A DNA stretch of 64,000 nucleotides from Candidatus Neptunichlamydia sp. GTDB lineage: Bacteria > Chlamydiota > Chlamydiia > Chlamydiales > Simkaniaceae. The position numbers and the translations under genes are program-made. The stretch is from contig OZ247587.1 in NCBI GenBank assembly GCA_965233865.1, forward strand, positions 512,001 to 576,000. Direction: 5' to 3'. Numbering within the stretch: the first letter of the stretch is position 1; every line of letters starts with the position of its first letter. This document shows, piece by piece, positions 50,116 through 59,270 of the stretch. Below the pieces are notes generated by a model. That model was not told the origin of the DNA, did no database searches, and saw nothing but the letters and a program-made list of their open reading frames with translations.

Positions 50116-50734
50116 GCAAAGCAACTGATCCTTCAATGGTCCTCAATACAAGTTCCCTGGCCTCTACGCTCTTGAATCCAACAGTGATCCCAGCTTGAAT
50201 CATTGCTTCAATAATTAGATAAATAAACGCAGGGGTTGAGCCCGTCAGAGCTGCAAAAGGGTTCATCAGCTTCTCATCAAGCCAAATTGTAGTCCCCAAC
50301 CCCTTTAAAATCTGATCGACCTGTCTTTTATCTTCTGCTAACGCCTCATCCTCATCTGCCACTCCAATCAACCCCATTCCACAAAGGAGGGGAATATTTG
50401 GAAGGAGCCGAAAGATTTTAGGATTGGAAAAATGGCTTCTCAATCGAGATAGAGGCGTTCCAACAAGAATGCTAAGGAGAAATGTTCCCTTTTCTAGAAC
50501 AGGGTTAAGTTCTTTTGCAACTTCTTTAAGATCCTTAGGCTTTACTGCTAAGATTACAACATCACAAGAATGTCCAATTTCTTCGAAAGAAGCGCAAAGT
50601 GTCACCCCTTTTTCCTTAGCCAAGTCTTTGATATTTTCAGGATGCCTTGTATAAAGAAACACCTCTTCATGATCTTTGATGATTCGGGCCATGGAACTTC
50701 CCATTACCCCACATCCGACAATACCTACTTTCAT
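49952..50734 (-). CDS. proC: pyrroline-5-carboxylate reductase
   Basis: GCGVMG, LAVKP, R.LPN, GSTPA, VSSPGGTT. Confidence 0.94.
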   Translation of the reverse strand: MKVGIVGCGVMGSSMARIIKDHEEVFLYTRHPENIKDLAKEKGVTLCASFEEIGHSCDVVILAVKPKDLKEVAKELNPVLEKGTFLLSILVGTPLSRLRSHFSNPKIFRLLPNIPLLCGMGLIGVADEDEALAEDKRQVDQILKGLGTTIWLDEKLMNPFAALTGSTPAFIYLIIEAMIQAGITVGFKSVEARELVLRTIEGSVALLRHTGAAMSEARNAVSSPGGTTIAGLNEMERLNVRHGVISGILQTLEKGKKMEG

Positions 50735-50783
50735 ATCGTATCTCTTGCGTTGAATGGGTTAACTTGTTAAATTTTCATATTCT

Positions 50784-51383
50784 ATGAATAACCTAAATGT
50801 TCGCAAATCTTTTTTTTTGCTTCTTGTCGGGTGCGCCTCATATTTCTACATCGATCAACAGATGGTGATGCTGGTATCTCCCTATACAAAACCTTATCAA
50901 GTCCTCTTTAAAGGATGCTCTCTATTGATTTTCCCTCCTCTCTATTTAGCTCTATCAGCAGGTGGATTTATTATAGCACGCCTGAAAAAAAGCAGGTGGA
51001 ATCTCCCGTTTTTTGAAATATTGGTCGCTCAATGCCTCTCTGTTGCTTTTGTTCGGGTTTTCAAAATTATAATTGGGCGAGCACGCCCTGATATTTTCCT
51101 GAAGAAGGGGATCTTCGGCTTTTATGGCTTTGAGTGGGATCAGCACTTTCACTCATTTCCGTCTGGACATTCAATGGCTGCTTTTACCTTAGCTACCTCT
51201 CTTGCTCTCCTCTTCCCCCGATTTCGAATCTACTTCTTTTCCATTGCAGTCCTATTAACCACGAGCCGTATTTTTCTTTTAGGTCACTTCACTAGTGATA
51301 TTATTGGAACTGCAGCCATTTCTCTAGTAATTGCAAGTGGGGTTCATCACTTTATCAATTCCATTACAAGGAGCAGCGCGTGA
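50784..51383 (+). CDS. PAP2-family phosphatase
   Basis: K...GRARP, SFPSGH, SRIFL..HF.SD. Confidence 0.92.
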   Translation: MNNLNVRKSFFLLLVGCASYFYIDQQMVMLVSPYTKPYQVLFKGCSLLIFPPLYLALSAGGFIIARLKKSRWNLPFFEILVAQCLSVAFVRVFKIIIGRARPDIFLKKGIFGFYGFEWDQHFHSFPSGHSMAAFTLATSLALLFPRFRIYFFSIAVLLTTSRIFLLGHFTSDIIGTAAISLVIASGVHHFINSITRSSA

Positions 51384-51591
51384 CCTTGTAGTTCATGGAA
51401 TGCAAGGTTTTGATTATGAAAAAGCCAAATGTCTTTGTAAACTGCACGATGATTATGCTGTCGAATCAATAATTGCTATAGGAAAACCTGGAAAACAGGA
51501 GACCTCCCTCAAAGTATCCAGGGAAAAGAGATTCTCTTTTCTCGCAGGCCCCTTAAAAAACTTACTTATCGATCTAAATAAAAAAAGCTAA
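51361..51591 (+). pseudogene. C-terminal remnant of a nitroreductase-family gene
   Basis: LQGAARDLVVHGMQGFDYEKA....IAIGKPG with no N-terminal half. Confidence 0.75.
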
Positions 51592-51614
51592 GTGGGCGTT
51601 TGCCCACCTAGCTT
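51581..51614 (-). terminator. intrinsic terminator downstream of the hctB-like gene
   Basis: AGCTAAGTGGGC-GTTT-GCCCACCTAGCT with adjacent A-run (U-tract on minus strand). Confidence 0.8.
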
Positions 51615-51642
51615 ACATACGGATACTAACAAAGCTTAAAGC

Positions 51643-51966
51643 TTAAGCTTCAGTTTTTTTTCTGCGTCTTCTGCGAACTGGCTTAGCTGCAGTTTTCTTA
51701 GCAGTAGTTTTGCGCTTTTTGCGTCGAGTGGTTTTTTTTGAAGCTTTACGCTTAGTAGTTTTCTGCTTAGCTGTAGTTTTGCGTTTTGTAGTCTTCTTAG
51801 CAGCTTTAGCCTTGGTAGGCTTACGCTTAGTAGCTTTTTTTGCTGTAGTTTTTTTGCGTCGAGTTGTTCTCTTAGCAGCTTTACGCTTAGTGGTTTTTCT
51901 AACAGCTTTTTTTCTAGTTGTCTTTTTTCTAGAAGAAGCTGCTTTTTTTCTTCGCTTAGCAGGCAT
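51643..51966 (-). CDS. hctB: histone H1-like protein Hc2 type
   Basis: AAGGAG SD; almost only K/R/A/T in quasi-pentapeptide repeats (KKTTR, KKAVR, KKATK). Confidence 0.78.
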   Translation of the reverse strand: MPAKRRKKAASSRKKTTRKKAVRKTTKRKAAKRTTRRKKTTAKKATKRKPTKAKAAKKTTKRKTTAKQKTTKRKASKKTTRRKKRKTTAKKTAAKPVRRRRRKKTEA

Positions 51967-52529
51967 GTATTGTGCTCCTTATTTGGAATTCCTTTTTGGT
52001 GATTTAAAGCTAAAATTTGCAAATGCTTTAAAAACCCTTGCTTTGTCCTACAAACTTAAATATACAATTTTTGTAATAAAAAATAAAAATTATTTTTAAC
52101 ATTTAATTAAATGAAACTTTTTAGTTTTATTAAAAATCAGCTCTGAAACTATTCTGAATACGATTTTGAAAAGAAAATAAATTTTTAAAAAAATTGAAAG
52201 TTTTATAAAAAAATGAAAAAAACATGAAAGTTTTGAATAAAAAACGATTCAGACTGAAGTTTTTTTTAATTAAGGATTTACGTATTTCTAAAAATCCAAA
52301 AGTATCTGAACTGCAATTATTTACAACTATTTAATAGTTGACGAGCGGGATGACGACGAACATTAGAAAAACGGCGCAGCCGTTTAGCTTTTAGCTTCTC
52401 TTTAAGAGGGTTTTTTGTTGTTGGTCTAATATTTTTCTTCTTAATCATTGCGAATCTTCATAATATTTGATGCCGAAACTCTTGTATATGTTGAATGATA
52501 ATTATCGAAAACATCTTTCCTTAAGATGG

Positions 52530-54437
52530 TTATTTTGAATATCTTATGGAAAACTCATTCATCTTATCTTCCCAGTTGTTAAGATCGCACTCCCATTTTT
52601 TTTCAAGTGCATCCTTCTGATTGATCACTTCTTGCTGCTTTGATGGTGGTGTTTGTTCATAAAATCCGGGTGCAGCCAGTTGTTCGTTTATTTTTTCGAT
52701 CTTTTCTTCTGAATTTGCAATTTCCTTTTCGAGTCTTTCGATATCTCGCTTTAATCGGTTTCTTTCTTTTCTCTCTTCTTTCTTTTCTTCATAGTTCTTT
52801 TGCTTTCCTTCAGACTCTGGAATGATTTGATCTAAATAATCTCTTTCGTGTTCTTCTACAAATTCCTCATATCCTCCCTGAAAATCAACTAAACCTGCTG
52901 GCCGGAGCTCGATGATTCGATTAGCCACTTCTGAAATGAAATAGCGGTTATGACTCACCATAACAAGGGTCCCCTTATATTCCTTAAGAGCTTGAATCAA
53001 TGCATTGACACTTTCCATATCGAGGTGGTTAGTCGGTTCATCTAAAATGAGAAAGTTTTGCTCAGACAACATGAGATGAGCAAAGACCAGCCGAGCTCCT
53101 TCCCCTCCACTAAGTGCCTCTATTTTTTTTCGAATCGCATGCTCATCAAAAAGCATCTGTCCTAAAATTTGCCTTATTTTTTGATCTGAAACCCCTTTTG
53201 AAACTCCACTAATCCAATCATATAGTGTCATTTCTTTGTTCAAGATGCGGTGGAAATTTTGAGGAAAGTATCCCCATCGAACATGAGGACCCCACCGAGA
53301 CTTTCCTTGATCAGGGGCAAGATTGTTAGTGATTATTTCAATTAAGGTTGATTTTCCCATCCCGTTAGGTCCAACAATTGCCACTTTTTCAAACCTCTCG
53401 ACCTCAAAAGAAATCCCTTTTAACACAGCATGTTCTCCAAACGACTTTGTCAGATCTTTTATCACCAGGGCCCTTTGACCTGAAGGACGGGCGTAAGAAA
53501 ACTGAAAGTGGGGGTGCAGCCTTGTTGAAGGAAGGAGTTGATATTCTTTTTCCTCTTCTTCGAGCTTTTCGATCATCCTTTCTCTAGAGCCTGCTTGGCG
53601 CGCTTTAGAAGATTTAGCCTTAAAACGTGTTATAAAGCGCTGTATATTTTTCTTTCTTTTTGCAAAAGATTCGAGTTGCGACTCTTTTGCCGCAACTCCT
53701 TTTGATTTTTCCTGAAGAAAATGGTCAAAATTCCCGATATAGCGTCTCATTTCTCCATAATCGATATCTAAAATCTCCTGACAAACACGATTGAGGAAGA
53801 ACCTATCATGCGAGCTTAGGATAACTGTTCCGGGATAATCAATTAGATATCTCTCGAGCCATCGAATCGAAAAGAGATCAAGGTAATTGGTTGGCTCATC
53901 AAGCAGAAGGATCTCTGGCTGAACAAATAGAACTTGAGCAAGAAGAACGCGTAGCTTATAACCGCCAGATAAGGTATCGAGTGACATCCCATGCTTTTTG
54001 GTTTCTATCCCAAGTCCGCTTAGAAGCTGAGCTGCTTTTGCTTCTGCGCGATACCCTCCTTGCATCGAAAGTTTCGATTCAATTTCACTTATCTCTTCTG
54101 TTTCTCTATATGTGAGTTTCTCCTTGCCTAAGAGAACCTCTTTCCTCTTAAGAACCTTCCAGAGCTCTGTATCACCCATCATTAATATGTCTAGGATTGG
54201 CTCAGCGCCAAAACGGTAGTAATCTTGGTCAAGTATTCCAACGCGCACTTCTTTGGGAATCTGGATATTTCCTTTGCTCGGTTCAAAAGATCCGCTGATG
54301 ATTTTTAAAAAGGTTGTCTTCCCCACACCATTAGCTCCAACAAGGCCATAGCGTCTTCTAGAAGAAAAATGAAACGAAACACCTTGAAAGAAGATCCTAT
54401 CCCCATAAATCATTGTAAGCCCATCGATAGAAAACAT
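52530..54437 (-). CDS. ABC-F family ATPase
   Basis: Two ABC domains (GANGVGKTT, LSGG, LDEPTN; GPNGMGKST), no TM, C-terminal coiled coil. Confidence 0.93.
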   Translation of the reverse strand: MFSIDGLTMIYGDRIFFQGVSFHFSSRRRYGLVGANGVGKTTFLKIISGSFEPSKGNIQIPKEVRVGILDQDYYRFGAEPILDILMMGDTELWKVLKRKEVLLGKEKLTYRETEEISEIESKLSMQGGYRAEAKAAQLLSGLGIETKKHGMSLDTLSGGYKLRVLLAQVLFVQPEILLLDEPTNYLDLFSIRWLERYLIDYPGTVILSSHDRFFLNRVCQEILDIDYGEMRRYIGNFDHFLQEKSKGVAAKESQLESFAKRKKNIQRFITRFKAKSSKARQAGSRERMIEKLEEEEKEYQLLPSTRLHPHFQFSYARPSGQRALVIKDLTKSFGEHAVLKGISFEVERFEKVAIVGPNGMGKSTLIEIITNNLAPDQGKSRWGPHVRWGYFPQNFHRILNKEMTLYDWISGVSKGVSDQKIRQILGQMLFDEHAIRKKIEALSGGEGARLVFAHLMLSEQNFLILDEPTNHLDMESVNALIQALKEYKGTLVMVSHNRYFISEVANRIIELRPAGLVDFQGGYEEFVEEHERDYLDQIIPESEGKQKNYEEKKEERKERNRLKRDIERLEKEIANSEEKIEKINEQLAAPGFYEQTPPSKQQEVINQKDALEKKWECDLNNWEDKMNEFSIRYSK

Positions 54438-54515
54438 GAAAAGTCCTTTACTTATAGTGCGAAAAATTATATGTCTTAATGTTTTAGAAATCACTTAAAA
54501 ATTTCAAGGCCCCCA

Positions 54516-54776
54516 ATGGACGATGAACATCGACCGATCTTGGTTCTCTATTATATGCCGACTTGTCCTTATTCAAAGAAAGTTCTTGCGTTTATTGAAA
54601 AAAAAGGACTTGAAGTCCCTTTGAAAAACATAGATGAAGATGCAAAATCTATCGAAGAACTCCTTCATCTAGGCGGCAAATTCCAAACTCCTTGTCTATT
54701 TATTGATGGCAAACCTCTCTATGAATCTCAAGATATCATCGATTGGTTAAACGATAAGAAGGATCTATTAGAATGA
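54516..54776 (+). CDS. glutaredoxin-like protein (CPYS)
   Basis: CPYS, GGKFQTPCL, YESQDII. Confidence 0.85.
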   Translation: MDDEHRPILVLYYMPTCPYSKKVLAFIEKKGLEVPLKNIDEDAKSIEELLHLGGKFQTPCLFIDGKPLYESQDIIDWLNDKKDLLE

Positions 54777-56188
54777 TAGGCCCTTCAAACCCAAAAAGAG
54801 TGATTTCAGTTTTTGTCCTTGCGATGTTGAATATTTCAATGATGGCAAGCCTCCGAAATCTCCCTCTTGTTTCAGAGCTGGGGTGGGGAATGCTTTTTTT
54901 CTTCGTTGTAGTAGCTGCTATTTTCCTCGTTCCTTGTGCCCTTGTTTCAGCTGAGCTAGCAACAGGATGGACAAAATCAGGGGGAATCTATGTTTGGGTT
55001 CGAGAAGCTCTTGGAGATCGATGGGGATTTTTCTCAATTTGGATGCAGTGGGTCCACAATGTAACGTGGTATCCAGCAATTCTTGCTTTTGTAGCTGCTA
55101 CTCTCGCCTATATCATCAACCCAGAGCTCGCGGCTAATAAGATCTATATTCAGGCAATTGTTCTCATTGTTTTCTGGGGTATGTCTCTCATCAACTACTT
55201 TGGAGTGGAAACCTCAGCGATTGTTAGTACGGTTGGAGTCATTATTGGAACAATCATCCCTGGGCTATTTATTATCGGATTGGGTGTGACTTGGGTTGCT
55301 CTAGGAAGACCTATTGTAATTCCCTTCCAAGCAGAGAATCTCCTTCCTAACTTTAGAGAGCTTGGGAGCCTTGTCTTTCTTGCTAGTCTTTTTCTCTCAT
55401 TTGCGGGTTTTGAAGTCGCTGCGGGTTATGCAGGTGAAGTCAAAAATCCTCAAAAGAATTTCCCTCGAGCCATTATTATTGCGGCAGTTGTCACCTTTTT
55501 TCTTGTCGTACTAGGTGCTCTTTCCATTGGAATTGTAATTCCAAAGGATAAAATGAGCTTAGTGGCTGGTCTTATGGAAGCAATGAAATTATATTTAGCA
55601 AGTTATGGCCTAAGTTGGCTACTGCCGGTGCTTGCAGGGCTCCTGGTGATAGGCGCCATTGCTGAGGTGAATTCATGGATTATGGGGCCTGTGAAAGCGC
55701 TTCATACTACTTCTGCTCATGGAAACCTCCCTCCATTTTTTCAAAACCTTAATAAGCATGGCATGCCCACTCACCTTCTCTTATTCCAGGCAATTATTGT
55801 TACCATTTCATCATTCATCATTGTGTATATGCCAAGTGTGAGTTCTGCCTATTGGATTTTAAGCGCCTTGTCAGCGCAAATGTACCTTATCATGTACGTC
55901 TTCATGTTTATTGCTGCGATCCGATTGCGCTACACGCATCCACACGTTCCTAGAGTCTACCGTATCCCCCATCCCCATAAGGGAATCTGGATTGTTTCAT
56001 GTGTTGGAATTCTAGCATCCTTATTTGCGATTTTTATTGGGTTTATCCCCCCCCTTGGGTTCGAAATTGGAAACTTCTTTGCTTATGAAGCCCTACTCAT
56101 CATCAGCCTACTCACAATGGTTGCCATCCCTCTTATTATTTATCAGCTTCGGAAACCCTCATGGGTCCCTGAAAAACACCGAAAGTGA
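54773..56188 (+). CDS. APC-family amino acid permease (GadC-like)
   Basis: SLRNLP, AELATG...GG.Y.WV, GFEV, ~12 TM. Confidence 0.92.
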   Translation: MIGPSNPKRVISVFVLAMLNISMMASLRNLPLVSELGWGMLFFFVVVAAIFLVPCALVSAELATGWTKSGGIYVWVREALGDRWGFFSIWMQWVHNVTWYPAILAFVAATLAYIINPELAANKIYIQAIVLIVFWGMSLINYFGVETSAIVSTVGVIIGTIIPGLFIIGLGVTWVALGRPIVIPFQAENLLPNFRELGSLVFLASLFLSFAGFEVAAGYAGEVKNPQKNFPRAIIIAAVVTFFLVVLGALSIGIVIPKDKMSLVAGLMEAMKLYLASYGLSWLLPVLAGLLVIGAIAEVNSWIMGPVKALHTTSAHGNLPPFFQNLNKHGMPTHLLLFQAIIVTISSFIIVYMPSVSSAYWILSALSAQMYLIMYVFMFIAAIRLRYTHPHVPRVYRIPHPHKGIWIVSCVGILASLFAIFIGFIPPLGFEIGNFFAYEALLIISLLTMVAIPLIIYQLRKPSWVPEKHRK

Positions 56189-56201
56189 TATACATGTCAC
56201 C

Positions 56202-57455
56202 ATGTCTATTCCACTCGCTGAACAGTTAAGACCACAATCTTTTGATGAGGTTGTAGGCCAGGATGCCCTTGTCTCCCTCCTTTTGAAGGTTATTGAAAAA
56301 GGACGCCCCTTGTCTATTTTATTATGGGGTCCCCCAGGATGCGGAAAAACAACCATTGCTCGCCTTTATGCAAAGGCATTTAACTGCCCTTTTATTCCGT
56401 TTACAGGTGTAATGAATGGAATTGCTGATATTAAGAAAGCAATACAAGAAGCAAAGTCCCGCCCACTAACGCATGGGAACCTCATCCTTTTTATCGATGA
56501 GATTCACCGCTTTAATAAAGCGCAGCAAGATGTATTTCTCCCCTGCATTGAAGACGGAACTGTGATTTTAATCGGGGCAACAACAGAAAATCCTTCCTTT
56601 ACAATCAACAATGCCCTCCTCTCTCGCCTCCGCGTTTTAACTCTAGTAAACTTAGCACCAAAATCCCTCACAAAAATCATTACACGCTTTGAAGCGAGCT
56701 CACAGAAAATCTTCCTTACACCTGAAGCTAAAAATGCATTGATTGGATTTTCTCATGGTGACGGACGCCACCTCCTCAATGCGCTAGAAAACCTGCAAAC
56801 CCTCCAAGAGGGAGAGATAGACCTAAACACCCTCTGCGCTCTAGTACAGAAAAAACCTGCGGCCTATGATCGCCATGATGACAGTCATTTTAATTTAATC
56901 TCTGCCATGCATAAGTCCGTTCGAGGATCTGATCCTGATGCGGCACTTTATTATTTTGCACGGATGTTAGAGGGGGGCGAAGACCCTAACTACCTTGCCC
57001 GACGTATTGTTCGAATGGCAATTGAAGATATAGGATTAGCTGACCCCCAAGCTCTACCTCTCTCTCTTGCAGCATGGCAAACATATGAGAGACTAGGCTC
57101 TCCTGAAGGAGAACTAGCTCTTGCTGAAATGATCCTTTACCTCGCCCTTTCCCCAAAAAGTAATGCTGCTTATCAAGCGTTTAAAAAAGCTCAAAAATCA
57201 GCTAGAGAAAGCTCCCATCTAAATCCTCCTAATACGGTCCTGAATGCGCCCACGGAGCTGATGAGAAAACAGGGATATGGACAAAACTACAAATATGACC
57301 ACGATCTCCCTCATGCTTTTTCAGGACAAAACTACTTTCCTCTAGAGATGGAGCATCAAAAGTATTATAGCCCCGTAGAGAGAGGATTTGAAAGAGAGAT
57401 GGAAAAGCGATGTGTTTTTTTTGAAAATTTACGTAAAAAACTTAACAACAGTTAA
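56202..57455 (+). CDS. rarA: replication-associated recombination protein A
   Basis: PLAEQLRP, GPPGCGKTT, DEIHRFNK, GATTENP, SVRGSDPD, EDIGLADP. Confidence 0.96.
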   Translation: MSIPLAEQLRPQSFDEVVGQDALVSLLLKVIEKGRPLSILLWGPPGCGKTTIARLYAKAFNCPFIPFTGVMNGIADIKKAIQEAKSRPLTHGNLILFIDEIHRFNKAQQDVFLPCIEDGTVILIGATTENPSFTINNALLSRLRVLTLVNLAPKSLTKIITRFEASSQKIFLTPEAKNALIGFSHGDGRHLLNALENLQTLQEGEIDLNTLCALVQKKPAAYDRHDDSHFNLISAMHKSVRGSDPDAALYYFARMLEGGEDPNYLARRIVRMAIEDIGLADPQALPLSLAAWQTYERLGSPEGELALAEMILYLALSPKSNAAYQAFKKAQKSARESSHLNPPNTVLNAPTELMRKQGYGQNYKYDHDLPHAFSGQNYFPLEMEHQKYYSPVERGFEREMEKRCVFFENLRKKLNNS

Positions 57456-57542
57456 TTACTGTATTTCAATAAAGCTACTCTTTTAAACCTTTATTTTTTT
57501 TTTTATATTTCATAAAATTTATGCGAAATCGGAGAAAATTTT

Positions 57543-57947
57543 ATGACCAAGTGCGTTTTTGATAAACCAACTCTCAACGAAATGTTTGACAGAGCAAACG
57601 GGTTCAAAATTGTGTGCCGCATGTATAGCGAGGCTGTGGTAGCTTTCTTCACACATGCAGTAGCAGCTTATTTGATTGGTCAGAAAGTTCTAAAACCAGG
57701 GCTAATCGGAGGATTATCTATTTTAACCGCCTATTCTCTAACTATCGGAGACCACCTTTATTTTAGATCTGAGGCAAAAGTGCATCAACGCTTGCATGGG
57801 TTTATCCGTGCTGGTACAAACATGGGAATCATCTATTTAATTTCTCGCCATATCGTAGCTGTGAACTGGAGGTGGTCAGTAGCCTCTATCTCGTTAACAA
57901 CCTATTTTTGTGAATTTGAAAAATCCAGAGCTGCCCGCCGCAATTAA
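57543..57947 (+). CDS. hypothetical membrane protein
   Basis: GGAG SD, several hydrophobic segments. Confidence 0.6.
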   Translation: MTKCVFDKPTLNEMFDRANGFKIVCRMYSEAVVAFFTHAVAAYLIGQKVLKPGLIGGLSILTAYSLTIGDHLYFRSEAKVHQRLHGFIRAGTNMGIIYLISRHIVAVNWRWSVASISLTTYFCEFEKSRAARRN

Positions 57948-57981
57948 GGCATTAAAAAACCTTCAAGCTCCCGCGGCTCAC

Positions 57982-58199
57982 TAGGATTCTTTCGTCTCCT
58001 ATCAAGCACGCAGTCGCATTGAAGGTCCGAAGCTGCGTTGATCCTCTAGCTAAGTCCAGGTTGAGAAGCCGTAGCCTCAATCTAACCTTTCGTCTCTATA
58101 AGAGACATGATGACCAGAGTCGCCCAGGAAATGACCGCTTCAAGCGGGTCTCTGAGAGCAACGCTCTCGATCTGAGGCTGCAGCCTCCCTAGAACCCTA
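57982..58199. other. GC-rich multi-hairpin intergenic element (MITE or structured ncRNA)
   Basis: Terminal complementarity TAGGATTCT/AGAACCCTA enclosing six hairpins. Confidence 0.5.
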
Positions 58200-58473
58200 A
58201 GATTCTAACTTTTGCCAAAACTCTTAATGAGATTTATTAACCTCCTGCTCGCCATTCAGCAAGCTGTTTGTTTGGCATCTAGTTCTACACTTAATTTAGC
58301 ATAGAAACGATTAATCAATTAAGTTTTTTATTTAAAAAGCCTCATAAAACATTTATATTCAAACAATAAAAAATTAAAATTATTATAAACCTATAAGATA
58401 TATTTACTTTGGATTCAAGATGTTTTGTATCAATAGGATCTGCTGAATTTTCTGAAAAATAATAATACTTCGC

Positions 58474-59157
58474 TCATTGAACCCTCTTTAGAAATTGTTC
58501 TATCTCTGAAGAAAAAACTTTTCCTTCTCCACTTTTTTCTTGAGGTTGTTCTTTATTTTCTCCCTTCCGGTACAGACCATGGCGAGAAAGAGAAACTAGA
58601 ATCTTCCCTTGTTCATCGATAAAGAGAAGACTTGTAGGGGCATTTCCATGAATTAACATCCCTTCTTGTCCCTTTGTGGGAACAATAACAAAATGGGGAA
58701 GCTTATTTGCGATCCCCATTGCAATATTTGGCTCACTTGATTCATGGTAAAAATTCATCATAGGAGAAGACCCTCCCCGAATGAATGTGGCCATATTTCC
58801 TTCCCGATCTCCTAACCCGACCGCAGCTCCCCCATCTTTTAAGGGGAAAAAAGTACCAACGATTTCCTGCTGTTCATTTTTCATAATTATTGCAGGAAAT
58901 GCTCCTCCTTGTAATTGGAGTCGAGGGTTTCCCTCTACATCATTTAAAGTCAGTAGGGTATTTTCATCATCTCCCTGTAGAATAATATTAGGCGTCCCAT
59001 TTGTCCCTTTTAATACAATTCGACGTGCTTCTAGAGTTCCATCTGATTGAAAAAGATTAGGTCTTACGTAAGCAAAAAAACAGATCATCGCAATAAAGAC
59101 ACAAAGATTCGCAATAAAAAACATGCGATTAAATCTAATAATTTGCCTTATCCTCAT
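58474..59157 (-). CDS. membrane-anchored beta-repeat hypothetical protein
   Basis: N-terminal TM followed by repeated L.D..G..R/P.I beta units. Confidence 0.7.
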   Translation of the reverse strand: MRIRQIIRFNRMFFIANLCVFIAMICFFAYVRPNLFQSDGTLEARRIVLKGTNGTPNIILQGDDENTLLTLNDVEGNPRLQLQGGAFPAIIMKNEQQEIVGTFFPLKDGGAAVGLGDREGNMATFIRGGSSPMMNFYHESSEPNIAMGIANKLPHFVIVPTKGQEGMLIHGNAPTSLLFIDEQGKILVSLSRHGLYRKGENKEQPQEKSGEGKVFSSEIEQFLKRVQ

Positions 59158-59270
59158 AAATCAGCCTATTGTTATACCTTACTCAGAAAGTAATAATTAA
59201 CTTTATTTAATTAAAGAAAATAATAATATTTTTGTTGATTTATGTTTCTACGCTTGTTAGAACTGAAAAT

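Noticed and set aside
51970..52080. sigma28 promoter upstream of hctB-like gene
   Set aside because: TAAAG is present but there is no correctly spaced CGA-type -10 element
51636..52099. 128-aa and 129-aa ORFs overlapping hctB
   Set aside because: Alternative-frame and antisense shadows of low-complexity repeats; only ATG 51966 has a clear SD
52335..52415. tRNA-end-like sequence and small ACGGC/GCCGT hairpin
   Set aside because: No cloverleaf or proper T-loop; at most a repeat fragment
56025..56201. 59-aa N-terminal extension of RarA in the ORF track
   Set aside because: Overlaps the permease gene; family homology starts at ATG 56202 (MSIPLAEQLRP)
57995..58045. SAM-I riboswitch-like start (ATCAAG)
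   Set aside because: No GAGGGA/GCAACC/GTGC core and no relevant downstream gene
58100..58135. TGATGA...GAAA hammerhead-like core
   Set aside because: Lacks the C of CUGANGA and a convincing stem II/III
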